DNA of 64,000 bases from Dudresnaya verticillata (taxonomy: Eukaryota). Position numbers and translations under genes: made by a program. Location of the stretch: positions 2,790,001 to 2,854,000 of the forward strand of contig OZ374558.1 in NCBI GenBank assembly GCA_977862235.1, read 5' to 3'. A model generated the notes under the pieces. That model made no database searches, had not been told where the DNA came from, and saw only the letters and a program-made list of their open reading frames with translations. Every line of letters starts with the position of its first letter. Within the stretch, counting starts at the first letter, position 1. Positions 1-9,772 of the stretch are shown piece after piece.

Positions 1-26
1 AACGGTGCACTCGCCCCATACGCTCC

Positions 27-422
27 ATGCCGTATCGCCAGGGCCCTGCCATGCGCAAGCTGGTGCAGGATGAGATGGATAACATGCTTCGTGCAGGGGT
101 TATCGAACCCACCACCTCGGAATGGGCATCGACAGTAGTCCTGGCGTTCAAGAAGGACGGCACACTTAGGTTTTGCTTGGACTATCGACGTCTCCACACG
201 AAAACGTTAAGTGATACGTACCCTCTACCGAGGATGGACGACTGCATCGACAGTCTAGGCGATGCAGCCGTCTTCTCGACGTTGGACTGCAACGCGGGGT
301 ACTGGCAAATCCCTGTCGCAGAGGCTGAGAGGGATAAGACCACGTTCATGTCGTTCCTAGGGACGTTTCGCTACTTGCGAATGCCCTTCGGGCTGAAAAA
401 CACCCCCGCGACTTTGCCCTAG
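27..422 (+). pseudogene. Ty3/Gypsy reverse transcriptase fragment, truncated before the YxDD motif
   Basis: RT motifs KKDGTLRFCLDYRRL, YPLPRMDDCIDSLG, FSTLDCNAGYWQIPV, MPFGLKN; close to the RT at 13606-15606; stops abruptly at 422. Confidence 0.9.
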
Positions 423-783
423 CCATCGTACATGTACAAATAATCCATCACTTGCTTCTCCAATATCCTTGATAGACTCCTCCATCTCGAACTTAGACTC
501 GACAGGCTTCGCCTGCTCTTCAAGCCGCTGGGATATTTCAGTTCCATCTAGCTTACTGCGATAAATCTGCATCTTGGCTGCATGTACGATCTCGGACTTA
601 TCTCGGACTGGGTTTGGTAACCGGCGGTATCTCAATCAACCGGAAGCTGACAAAACTGGATAGAACGCATCTTTTCTGCTCTAATATCCGCAGAAAAGCC
701 CACATATCGATTACAGCCTACCTTATCCATCAGAATACGCGCCAGCGTTCTGTTTCGGGAAAATCCGGAATGTGTAGACTACT

Positions 784-1089
784 CTCCAGCTTCGCACGTA
801 CTCACACCCGCGGGACTCGATCCCACGACCTCCATGGCGGACCAAGCAAAAATAAACCACTAAGCTATTTCCGCTTCAGTGTGGCTTTGCTTCGTGTAGT
901 GCTGTGATGCTCCCTACTTAAGAACCTACCGATGATCATTGTAGAATAATCTCCAGATTCGCACGTGAACACATCCGCGGGACTCGATCCCACGACCTCC
1001 ATGGCGGACCAAGCGAAAATAAGCCACTAAGCTATTGCCGCTTCAGTGTGGCTTTGCTTGGTATAGTGCGGTGATGCTCCCTACTTAAA
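784..1089 (-). repeat. Two-copy direct repeat (167-bp period) with tRNA-like A-box and B-box motifs on the minus strand
   Basis: ~784-921 recurs at ~951-1088; minus strand has TAGCTTAGTGG and GTGGGATCGAGTCCCGC 30 nt apart in both copies. Confidence 0.75.
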
Positions 1090-2479
1090 ATCATACCTCA
1101 GCAGGTATCTACAAATGGCGCTTGTGGAAGACGTCAACGATGCGGTTGCCATTCTGGGCACGGAAGAAGCAACGCTCGGAGGAAACGTTACCGGAGTTGC
1201 ACTCGTTATGGGTGAGAGAGATGCAAAATCCTCGAGCCATTGTCCTCTCCGGACGTATTCAGGGCAGCTCCGGGATCGCGCAAGGACGTCATAGGGCATG
1301 ATCCAAGGGATTTGAATGAATACAGACGGGAAAGAGAGAGTATGAAGGATGCTATTTGTCGAGTAGTGCAGAAGGTAGTAATCGGAGACATGTTCATGGC
1401 TCAGGGGCGGGACTGTACTGTAGTGGCTACGAAGTAGCTGGGTCTGCTTGGTCGCAACCGGCTTCGGTTTAGGAAGTCCTATAGTAGGATGTACCGAGTA
1501 ATTGGGATGCAAAGGGCCTACAAGGGTGTGTCGGAAAAGTAATTCACAGTGGTATTGAAGTTCTGATACAGAAGCAGGTACTGGGACGATCAAAGCAGGA
1601 AGAATAAAACCTTGACGGAACTTTGGGAATCCGCACACTGCGGGTGCATGGAGGGCCCCAATGTTGAGGGCGGAGAGCGACGCTTGGCCAACATAATTCG
1701 GCGCCGATATGATTGCCATCAGAAGGAAGAGAACCACTGAAACATTTGGAACTCCTGAATCGTAGTTACGACGACAGCCAACAACTGAAAACGTATAGCT
1801 GTTTATAGAAATGTTCCGGTGTGCCGAGTGAGTACCAGATCCCGTGAAGATCACTTCCTGAGAGATGGGAAGGAAAATTCCTGAATGTGAGTGGGGGCTT
1901 TACCTGCACGGACATGGAACGTCTCTGAACGCCAAGTACTTGTGATGCGCGGATACATATGTTCGTGCGTACCGAGAAAGCAGGGAGGAAGTGGGAAAGC
2001 GGGTGGACTGTTGTAAAACACAGATCTTTAAGATATTTTCATCTGCAGTAGAGATAAATCCACTCGGTCCCTTATCAAGTGCTACGGCGATACTACTACA
2101 ACACAGTATGCGTCAAATAGTCCTTGCGACTATCGAGGGGAGCGATGCGCCGGGTCAGTAGCAGGCCCGAGACCCAGGCGAGGTTCTTGGCAGAATCAGG
2201 CCTGCGATTAGCATCTGCTGTCGGTAGAAGCAGTTCCGAGCGCAGGAGACGGATGAAAAGCAGATGAGGGGGTAAGATGCAGGACGAAAAGGAAAGGATC
2301 CTATTTTGCGAATCATACCGCAGAGTCTAGATGCCTTCCCGTATGGTTGCGAAATGACGGAACGGCTGAGCATCCCTGGTACCCATGGATATTGAAAATA
2401 CAATTTGATAATGCGGAGACAGGGCTCGGACTGGAAACGGGCGTGGGACTGGGAGAAGGCCCGGGAAGCATGCGGCGAG

Positions 2480-3065
2480 GGCCGAAAAATTGTGCATTGG
2501 ATGGCACGTGAATGGCACTGTGGCAAATGCACAGTAGCGAACGCGGCCTTGGGCCCGGCGCGGGAGTACACGAGAGCAAGTTCTGGGCACAGTACCGACG
2601 GAACTGGGCGAGGCACGCAAGCTTTGCCAATTTCCATCATCCTGAAAGGGTGATTTCTGGGCACAGCAGCGCACGCAGCCCTGGATGCGGCACGAGAGTG
2701 GACAAGATTCATTTCCAGGCACAGTACCGACGGCACTAGACGCGGTGCGCGAACGCCAGGAAACTCCCTGTGCGCAGTAGCGATCAGCCCCCGGGTGTGG
2801 CGCGGAAGCGACAGGAAAGTGCCTGGGCGCAGTAGGGGCGCCATGGGCGTGGTGGACAACCAAGCATGCCCGGCCAAGGTAGTTTCTGTGCACAGCAGCG
2901 CATGTAGCCCTGGGTGCGGCGCGGAAGCCCTCAGGCTAGTGTGTGGGCGTAGGGGGAGCTATGGGCGTGGTGCGCAAAGAATGTTTGCCCAAAGTAGTTT
3001 CTGGGCGCAACAGCGCACGCGGCCTTGGGAGCGGCGCGAAAGTGGGGCGGGCGTGGGCCGGGACA
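2480..3065 (+). repeat. Degenerate GC-rich tandem repeat, ~53-74-bp units (core CTGGGCRCAGYAGCG)
   Basis: Core recurs near 2532, 2590, 2664, 2722, 2775, 2830, 2893; same family as the array at 35737-36240. Confidence 0.75.
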
Positions 3066-3569
3066 CGTCGGTTACTAGACGAGGGAATGCTGACGTCCGG
3101 GTTCCTCTGCAGATTTCCAGTTGGGAACATCGGCAGCGGTAGGGGCATACTCGCCCCTGGTTCCGTACCAACTGGATAGGCCGAGTTGTGATGGGCAGGC
3201 CCCGTGCCGTCTCCTATTTCCTGTGGGATAATTTGGTTGTTATCCATGATTTGTGCTGGGTATCTATGGGGCTGCTGCACTGCGGGTTGGTTGGTAGGTG
3301 GGATGGCGTTGATGGAAGCGCCTCCACCATCCGGAGGGGGGATGGGTGGGGATGGGGACGTGGACGTGGACGGAGAGGGCAGGATGGTGTGGCGGCGCGC
3401 GTGCGGTTTTATCTGCGCTCGGAGGCGAAAGTTATTGCCATGGCTCGAGAGGCGGAGGGTCAAATTCCATTTGGACCGGGACCTTCAGAGCCGGACTAGA
3501 TCAGTTGGTGAGACCCTGATGGACTTTCCAGTGGGCCGGGGATGTTGTGATTGCCATGCTTGTCGCTTC

Positions 3570-3627
3570 TTGATTGTTTGATTGATTGATTGTTTGTTTG
3601 TTTGTTTGTTTGTTTGTTTGTTTGTTT
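3570..3627 (+). repeat. (ATTG)n/(TTTG)n microsatellite
   Basis: Tetranucleotide run read directly. Confidence 0.95.
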
Positions 3628-3739
3628 ATTCGTTTTACGTTCTTATTTTTAGTTTTGTGACGGTTTTGGCATTTTCTGGGAAGGATATTGATGAAGGACA
3701 GGGGTAGCCCAGGGTTGAACCGGGGCCGTCGGAAATTTG

Positions 3740-3950
3740 GGTTAACATTTGCTGCAGAAATTCCGAAAGTTGGAAAGATTCGCGAACGTTTCGGCCTCCA
3801 CACAAAAAGGGCAGGTTTCCTGCTATAACTTCTGAACGAGCCGTTCGTTTACAAAACAGTTTTCACCACCAAAGGCAGCTTACCGTTCCCTTTCCAACAT
3901 ATAAAAGAAATATATGTTCTGAAAATTCTGGGAGGCAGAAAAAATGCTAA
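3740..3950 (+). repeat. Dispersed ~200-250-bp conserved motif, copy 1
   Basis: GAAAGTTGGAAAG..CTGCTATAACTT..GTTCGTTTACAAAAC.GTTTTCACCAC..AAGAAATAT.TGTTC aligns with 36320-36530 and 39690-39880, more weakly with 7720-7940(-) and 23680-23900. Confidence 0.75.
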
Positions 3951-5392
3951 AGATTAAACCAGTCTTGAATTCAGAAACAGCGTCGACATACTCGTTGAGA
4001 AAATAGCTCTGTTCAAGAAAGAATATATTCACAATCTTCAAATATCCTTGATAGTTCTAAACATATCTCTGTCTAAGTTTTCCAATACCATTCCTATTTA
4101 CAAAAAACGCCCAGTTATGACCTGATATTTGTTACTGAGAATCCAAAAGATATTTCACTTGATTCTTGAAGAATGTTTTCCTGCAAGATTGATGTAGGAT
4201 ATTGATGTCAGGCATGGTTTTCGCCGCGAGGATGGATATTCAGAAATTTCAATCAGTGCGTTTGGACTTTCAAATGGTCAACTACGATCATCAATATAAT
4301 GGAGCTTCGCAGAACGCTTTTAAGACGCAGCATATCTTACAGTTCAAAACAGTATCCCTCATTTATAAGCACGAAGACCTTTGAGGAACGTTTTTCGAAA
4401 AGGAAGTCTAACTGTTCATGGTATAATATAGGAGCCGAGAAGAATTAGAGTGATTCTATAAAATTTCTTTGTTCTGGATTGCGTTGCGCAAACTTTCGCA
4501 AATATTGAGGCTATTAAGCTTGTCTTGGAATATATAGTTTCGTTAGGTTTGAATAGTCGGAGGATCTTGAGCGTCTCTGCTCCTTAGAAGACGTACTTAG
4601 AACTTTCTTCAGGGTTCATGGTACGAATATTTGAAAAATATAGAGAAATGCTTAAACAGCTGGCACCGTTGCGCGGACCTAATTCTCCTCTTTTGAGTGA
4701 TTATATACAAATCGGGGTATGTTTCTGATTCCGATACGGAAAAGAAAATTCCAAGACAGCAAAGAAGAGTGTTGTATTAGAGATATGGGTGAAATGTACG
4801 GAACCATTAGGTTATGCGCGGCTCATGAAATATACATCAAGACAGATCCAAATAGTATAAAGTGCCTCCCGGATTATTATTAATCACATTGTGTGTGTTC
4901 GATAATCTTCGTGCTCGTGCGGGCGAGTGTGAGCTATTGATTGGGCCTTCAGAGCAGGTTTCTCAACTGGCTAAGACAATTGATCGATCTCATTTCTGCT
5001 AGAAGTGGAAATTGACAATTTACTGCTGGGGTCGAGGTCTGATGTCTTTAACAGAACAGACATTTCTAATGTCGGTGTGCACTCAAGCGCGAACAAGTAT
5101 GTATAAATGATTTTGTTAGCTTCCAAAGCAGAAAAATCTAACCGTAATGGTTCTGCAGTTTTTACTTAAGCGTCATTAGTGCGCAAAGTATGCAATAAGG
5201 TTCAATACACAACTGTATGTAAATCTCATTTTGAGAATCATAATATCTGAAGCGGCAATAAACCGCACCCGAAAAATAAGATATAATGTTCAAAAGTTAA
5301 CGTGATGAAATTAATTCTATTAATATTTTCAGAAAGCAGCCCATTGATTTCACCATTTTCCAGCCTGAGGAACTTGCTATTGCAACCAAGCC

Positions 5393-6865
5393 CTACTGAG
5401 ACTTAGATCCTTCAACGTCTATAAGAGAAGATTCCTCGTCTACAACGTGAACAGCGGAGACTTCATCATCTTTCAGGTACTTTCCTTCTTGGTCAACGTT
5501 GAGTGCGAAAAGAATGAGGCAGAAGGACACGTATCCGAAGAAGAAAAATGTCACAACGAAGGAGAACGACAGAACGGCAATGGATGGCCACATTGTTTCC
5601 TCACGTCCACGGCTGTTAAATTTACCGTTGAAAATAAGGCCGAAGAAATAGAAAGTAGGTAAAGTACATTCTTCCCCACCTTGGCACTCTAGCTCCACCC
5701 AATGGAGGATTAGCATGAATAGGGTCAAGGCACCGAAGGCAATACCAAGCGTAAAGGAGATCGTGCGCCGGGATGCTTGTAAGCCGGAGAATCTCTTGAA
5801 CACAAATTCGAATATAACAGCTGTTGACAGAATTGCGAGAATAAAGCCAATAGTCATTGTGACGGTTCCAATCCAAGTAATGTTAATCATGGTGTATACG
5901 AAGCCGACGAAGGTAACTAAAAGACTTCCGAGCACCATCATTTCAGTGCTTTGCTTCACGGAGTTTCTAGAAGATCTGATAAATTTCCAGTTGATTACGG
6001 TGAAAACGACGATAATTATAAGCCAATATGCGAAATAGGTAACCCACTCAACAAAAGTAGGCGTGTCCTGATAGCCGAACAGAGCCCGAAGCATCGCAAA
6101 AAACTCATTCTTCTTATCATGGCAGCATGCCTTGGTCGACCACATGACTGCATTGTACCAGTCTCTCTCTTCGGCCGGTTTCCACGGCCCGAAAAGGTCC
6201 ACTTCCTGGAGCTCGTGGAATGCATGACTTACGAGTCCAGCTGCGAACGCCATCAGAATGTAGGAGCTGATCTTAAAGAAGAGAAGTAAATCAAGACTTA
6301 CGAGTCCCCTGAATACGATGTAGCTCACTAAAACACCGACAATAAGGGCTAAAACACCTGGCAAAGGAATTGCCTTCCATCCGCCGACATCATCAGCACC
6401 TGCTGTGCCAATCAGAAAAATGACTGTTTCAATTCCCTCTCTCAGAATTTGAACGAAAACCATGAGAAAGATTGAAGTCTTCATAGACTTCATAGACCTG
6501 CCAGCCTCAAGGATTCCTTCAAGTTCTTCCTCCATTTTGGCGCGCAGGTTTTTGCCCATTACCATGATCCATATGATCATCCAAGTGAGTAACGCTGCTG
6601 CCACCAGGAATGCGACTCCTTCGAATATTTTCTCTGTCTTACCAGTGAAAAGCTGGTCACCGGTGACGAAGAAGACAATTGCAAATGCAAGTCCAACAGC
6701 AAGAGAACCAGCTATACCCGCCGCGGTACCCAACCACACCCATTTTCGGAACTGCGTTGCCCCTGTCTTATTCAAGTAGGCTAAAATAATCCCCACAACC
6801 AGGCAGGCTTCCAGAACTTCTCGAAGGACAATGAAAAAGGCCGGAATTGAAAAGATTGCGACCAT
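5393..6865 (-). CDS. FTR1: High-affinity iron permease, FTR1 family, 490 aa, with C-terminal membrane extension (copy 1)
   Basis: N-terminal FSIPAFFIVLREVLEA; two RExxE iron-binding motifs (REVLE, REGIE); CC-containing loop followed by ALFGY before TM7; intact ATG-TAG ORF without introns. Confidence 0.93.
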   Translation of the reverse strand: MVAIFSIPAFFIVLREVLEACLVVGIILAYLNKTGATQFRKWVWLGTAAGIAGSLAVGLAFAIVFFVTGDQLFTGKTEKIFEGVAFLVAAALLTWMIIWIMVMGKNLRAKMEEELEGILEAGRSMKSMKTSIFLMVFVQILREGIETVIFLIGTAGADDVGGWKAIPLPGVLALIVGVLVSYIVFRGLVSLDLLLFFKISSYILMAFAAGLVSHAFHELQEVDLFGPWKPAEERDWYNAVMWSTKACCHDKKNEFFAMLRALFGYQDTPTFVEWVTYFAYWLIIIVVFTVINWKFIRSSRNSVKQSTEMMVLGSLLVTFVGFVYTMINITWIGTVTMTIGFILAILSTAVIFEFVFKRFSGLQASRRTISFTLGIAFGALTLFMLILHWVELECQGGEECTLPTFYFFGLIFNGKFNSRGREETMWPSIAVLSFSFVVTFFFFGYVSFCLILFALNVDQEGKYLKDDEVSAVHVVDEESSLIDVEGSKSQ

Positions 6866-6909
6866 TTTGAATCACCGAAAAGACCCTCTGAGAAATGCCG
6901 GTCAGACAG

Positions 6910-7601
6910 GGAAGAGATTGCTCGGCTTTTCTGGCGGTCACATCAGTGTGTTCATATAGTAATGCTTCCAGTGATTTTAGCAGAAACCTCTTCACGGTCC
7001 GGAGTTCAGATCTCCTATGAATGAAGTGAAGTTGTACCGGAAGCCAAATAGTTGCAGTTTTCGCACGCTTTTCGTGTGGATTCGTGCGCGTCACAGCCTC
7101 GTTGGAGCAGTTGGGAATTGACAGACTTCGTTTACGCTTAGTGGAAGATACGATAAACTTAGGGTTTGAATCGGGCCCTATATCAACAATAACGGGACAG
7201 TCCAGGGTTTTTTGTTCACGAAATCTACTTAATCTTTGGCTATGTCAAGAAAGTCTAAATACAATGAGTTCGGGAATGGATATTATTAATCTATTCAAGG
7301 TCATCTGCGTCTATTTCGGAAACTGAAAAGTGCATCTCATACCCGGCCTTCGTGTGAATATTTTGCGAATGACGCTGGCTGATAGTAATATGTTTCGGGA
7401 TCGCCCTCATAATCTGGATGCACGCACGAATCCACACGAAAAGGGGCGAAAACTGCAATTATTTGATTTGCAATACAACCACACTGCAACCAGATGAGAT
7501 CTGGACTCCGGATCGTGAAGAGGGTTCTGATAAAAATCGCTCGAAGAATGACTATATGAAGACACTCATGTGACCGCCAGAAAATCTGAGCAATATTTTC
7601 C
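6910..7601. promoter_or_regulatory. FTR1 upstream region with ~180-bp imperfect inverted repeat (6910-7088 vs 7423-7601)
   Basis: Both arms read CGCACGAATCCACACGAAAAG...ACTATATGAA.ACACT.ATGTGACCGCCAGAAAA in opposite directions; the proximal arm ends ~45 bp before the ATG. The repeat is seen; promoter function is inferred from position. Confidence 0.7.
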
Positions 7602-7719
7602 TTTTGAGGATAGAAGACACAGAAAACACGTTAACCGCGGCCAAGTTTACTGGGCTATGCAAACGGGGAGAAACCCCGCGCCTGCACTAACCACCACCAT
7701 GAACATTACTTTGGAGATC

Positions 7720-8340
7720 CTCAGAATTAACTTCATAAAACAGAAGCAAATTGTACCCACCTCTTTAGCTCCTCGGAAAGCTGAGAGTGAGCTGAGAGTA
7801 GCGGTGCAAACCGCTTGCCGATTGCTTGTGTACTTCAGAAGTTATGGCGCCCTGCACACAGCCCGCGGAGCCCCTGAAACTTTCAGAAAGTTTCGGACTT
7901 TTCCGAATTTCTGTAAAACAATTTTAATTAGATTTCGCCCTGGGCACCGCCAAGGGCGCCAGCGCACTCGCCTCACACCAGCACTTGTCCGTTCCCGCCG
8001 CTCCTGCTCGCCCACCTGACTGCCACCTGCCCACCGCTCCTGTTGGTCCGCCTGCTCGCTCGCCTGATTTCTGCTCGTCTGCCTGCCGCTTCTACTAGCC
8101 CGCCTGTTCGCTTGTCTGGTTCCTGCGCCTGCCCGCCGCTCCTGTTTGTCCGCCTGCTTGCTCGCCTGATTTCTGCGCGTCTACCTGCCGCTCCTACTGG
8201 TCCCCCTTTTCGCTTGCCTCATTTCTGCGCACCTGCCCGCCACGCCTGCCCACCGCGCTTGCTGGCCCACCGCTCCTCGCCGCTCCTGCTCGCCAGTCGC
8301 TCCTCGCCGCGCCCAACTGCTTCCAGCTGCTGCGCAGGTT
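7720..8340 (-). repeat. Diverged copy of the dispersed motif (7720-7940) plus adjacent GC-rich degenerate tandem repeats (8000-8330)
   Basis: Minus strand GAAAAGTCCGAAACTTTCTGAAAGTTTC..GCCATAACTTCTGAA..GCGGTTTGCACCGCT; ~100-bp repeat units near 8030 and 8131. Confidence 0.55.
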
Positions 8341-8705
8341 TTCGATTTTCGTGAGAGACGAATCTTCAGTTCAATGAAAAGGGACAGGCCTAGGATGGAC
8401 TATTAGGGACGAAACAAGACAGAGGGGGAACCGTTGGCATTAACGCGTACTGCGAAAGATGGGACGGAATAGATACAATAGAGTGGAGAAGTGTGCGGGT
8501 TTATGCGAAGGCTAAATGTAAACACCCGGCTTCTGTGTTCGTGGAGGACATGTGCACTTGTGGTCATGGAGGATGGAAATTGCATGACATGTATGCGTGG
8601 AGCGAGCATTCCGTTTTGTTTACAGGTACGACGTTGACATGTATTTTAGGAGAAAAATACCGAGTACCCAAGGTATATTCGAAACTACATGCGGCGTGAG
8701 AACTC

Positions 8706-9542
8706 TGTGGTGCCACGCCCGAGCGAGGGCGCAACCCCAAGACCAGAGTCCGAGTGGTCTTCCCACGGGGTGGTAGCAGGCGGAGGCGGTGAGGCCGACG
8801 CCGGTTGGGTGGTAGAGCTAGGGACACGGGGTGTGCCCCGGCTGGTTGAGACGTGGACGGGGTCGACTGTAAACCCCCGGCCCACGTAAGGGGGCTGTAG
8901 CACACGCAGAACAATGAAGGCGATAAAGCCGGTGACTGCTGTTGAAGCCAGGCAGTAGAACGGGGTACGTAAGCCCAAGTCGCGCACGGTGTCGTCACCG
9001 GGTGCGAAGGTGGGGGTATCCTCGAGTTCCCAGGCCTGCTTGGCGCTTTACTGTGAGGGAGGTTCACCCCGTATACTCAGTATCCCCGCGGGAGATGCGC
9101 GCGCGTGTGTGGTGCCGTGCGCTTGACACTTGGCATGCGCGCGCACCGCGAGCTCACTAAAATATCGCGCAAAAATACATAGCGTAGAAATACTACTACT
9201 GCACTGTAAATCAGTGTAATCTAAGGGTGCGCACTGCTGGGGCGCACCCGAGCGAGGATTCCCTCGGATATATTCGGCGCGCGTGTTACGCGTGTACACG
9301 TGGAGACGTGTCGCCCGTGTATGCTGTTGGCGCGTGCTGTACGGGCGCGCGCGCACCGTGCCAAGGGCGCGGTAACCATTGGCCGGATCTCGCACGCGCG
9401 GCATCCGCGCACGGGCCAATCCAAGCTGCCGGTAATCGGCGTATGTTATAGTCGCGGGTGATCCGCGTGTACCGTCGTCCGCTCACCGCGCGAGCGGGTG
9501 TAGCGATATAAAACGGGGCTTACCCCGGGGTCTTGCACCACA
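8706..9542 (-). repeat. 3' LTR
   Basis: Direct repeat of 18623-19459 with about 9 substitutions counted by eye (~99% identity). Confidence 0.97.
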
Positions 9543-9555
9543 TCGCCCCCCTCCT
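9543..9555 (-). other. Polypurine tract
   Basis: Minus strand AGGAGGGGGGCGA directly abuts the 3' LTR. Confidence 0.9.
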
Positions 9556-9772
9556 AAGAGCGAAACCCGCGGTGCCGCCCCTCATCTTGCAGTGTCATCA
9601 CTCTGCCTGCGGAGTCATCTCCGATTGTGTCGTGCAGCAACAACCCCGCCGCCGTCTTGACGACCCTTCTGCTTGCTAACCGCGGCTCTCCGCTTTCCAA
9701 ATTGGACGACTGTGTGTGCGCCCCGCGTGTTCCTTCGCCACGCTCTTTCGCGGTCATCCGCTACCCGCAACT

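Larger units (their letters stand above)
4472..7993 (-). repeat. Left arm of a ~3.5-kb inverted segmental duplication containing FTR1
   Basis: Reverse complement matches 23624-27139 throughout, with scattered substitutions and one 6-bp indel in the CDS. Confidence 0.95.

Noticed and set aside
1081..1854. 257-aa minus-strand ORF as a gene or third antisense-family member
   Set aside because: Non-ATG start, no recognisable motif, and none of the RFERR, LWT or GD.V.[YF]DP blocks.
2155..3581. Multiple overlapping 100-240-aa ORFs
   Set aside because: Expected from GC-rich tandem repeats with few stops; no consistent frame or domain.
7570..8019. ORF on the distal mirrored arm as an FTR1 partner gene
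   Set aside because: It reads through the dispersed repeat, has no domain features, and its 5' part is not open in the duplicate arm.
8400..8700. Cys-rich fragment (DMCTCGHGGW..SVLFT) continuing after 19465, possibly a CxC/KDZ-type transposon gene hit by the LTR element
   Set aside because: Too decayed to confirm any catalytic motif by eye.
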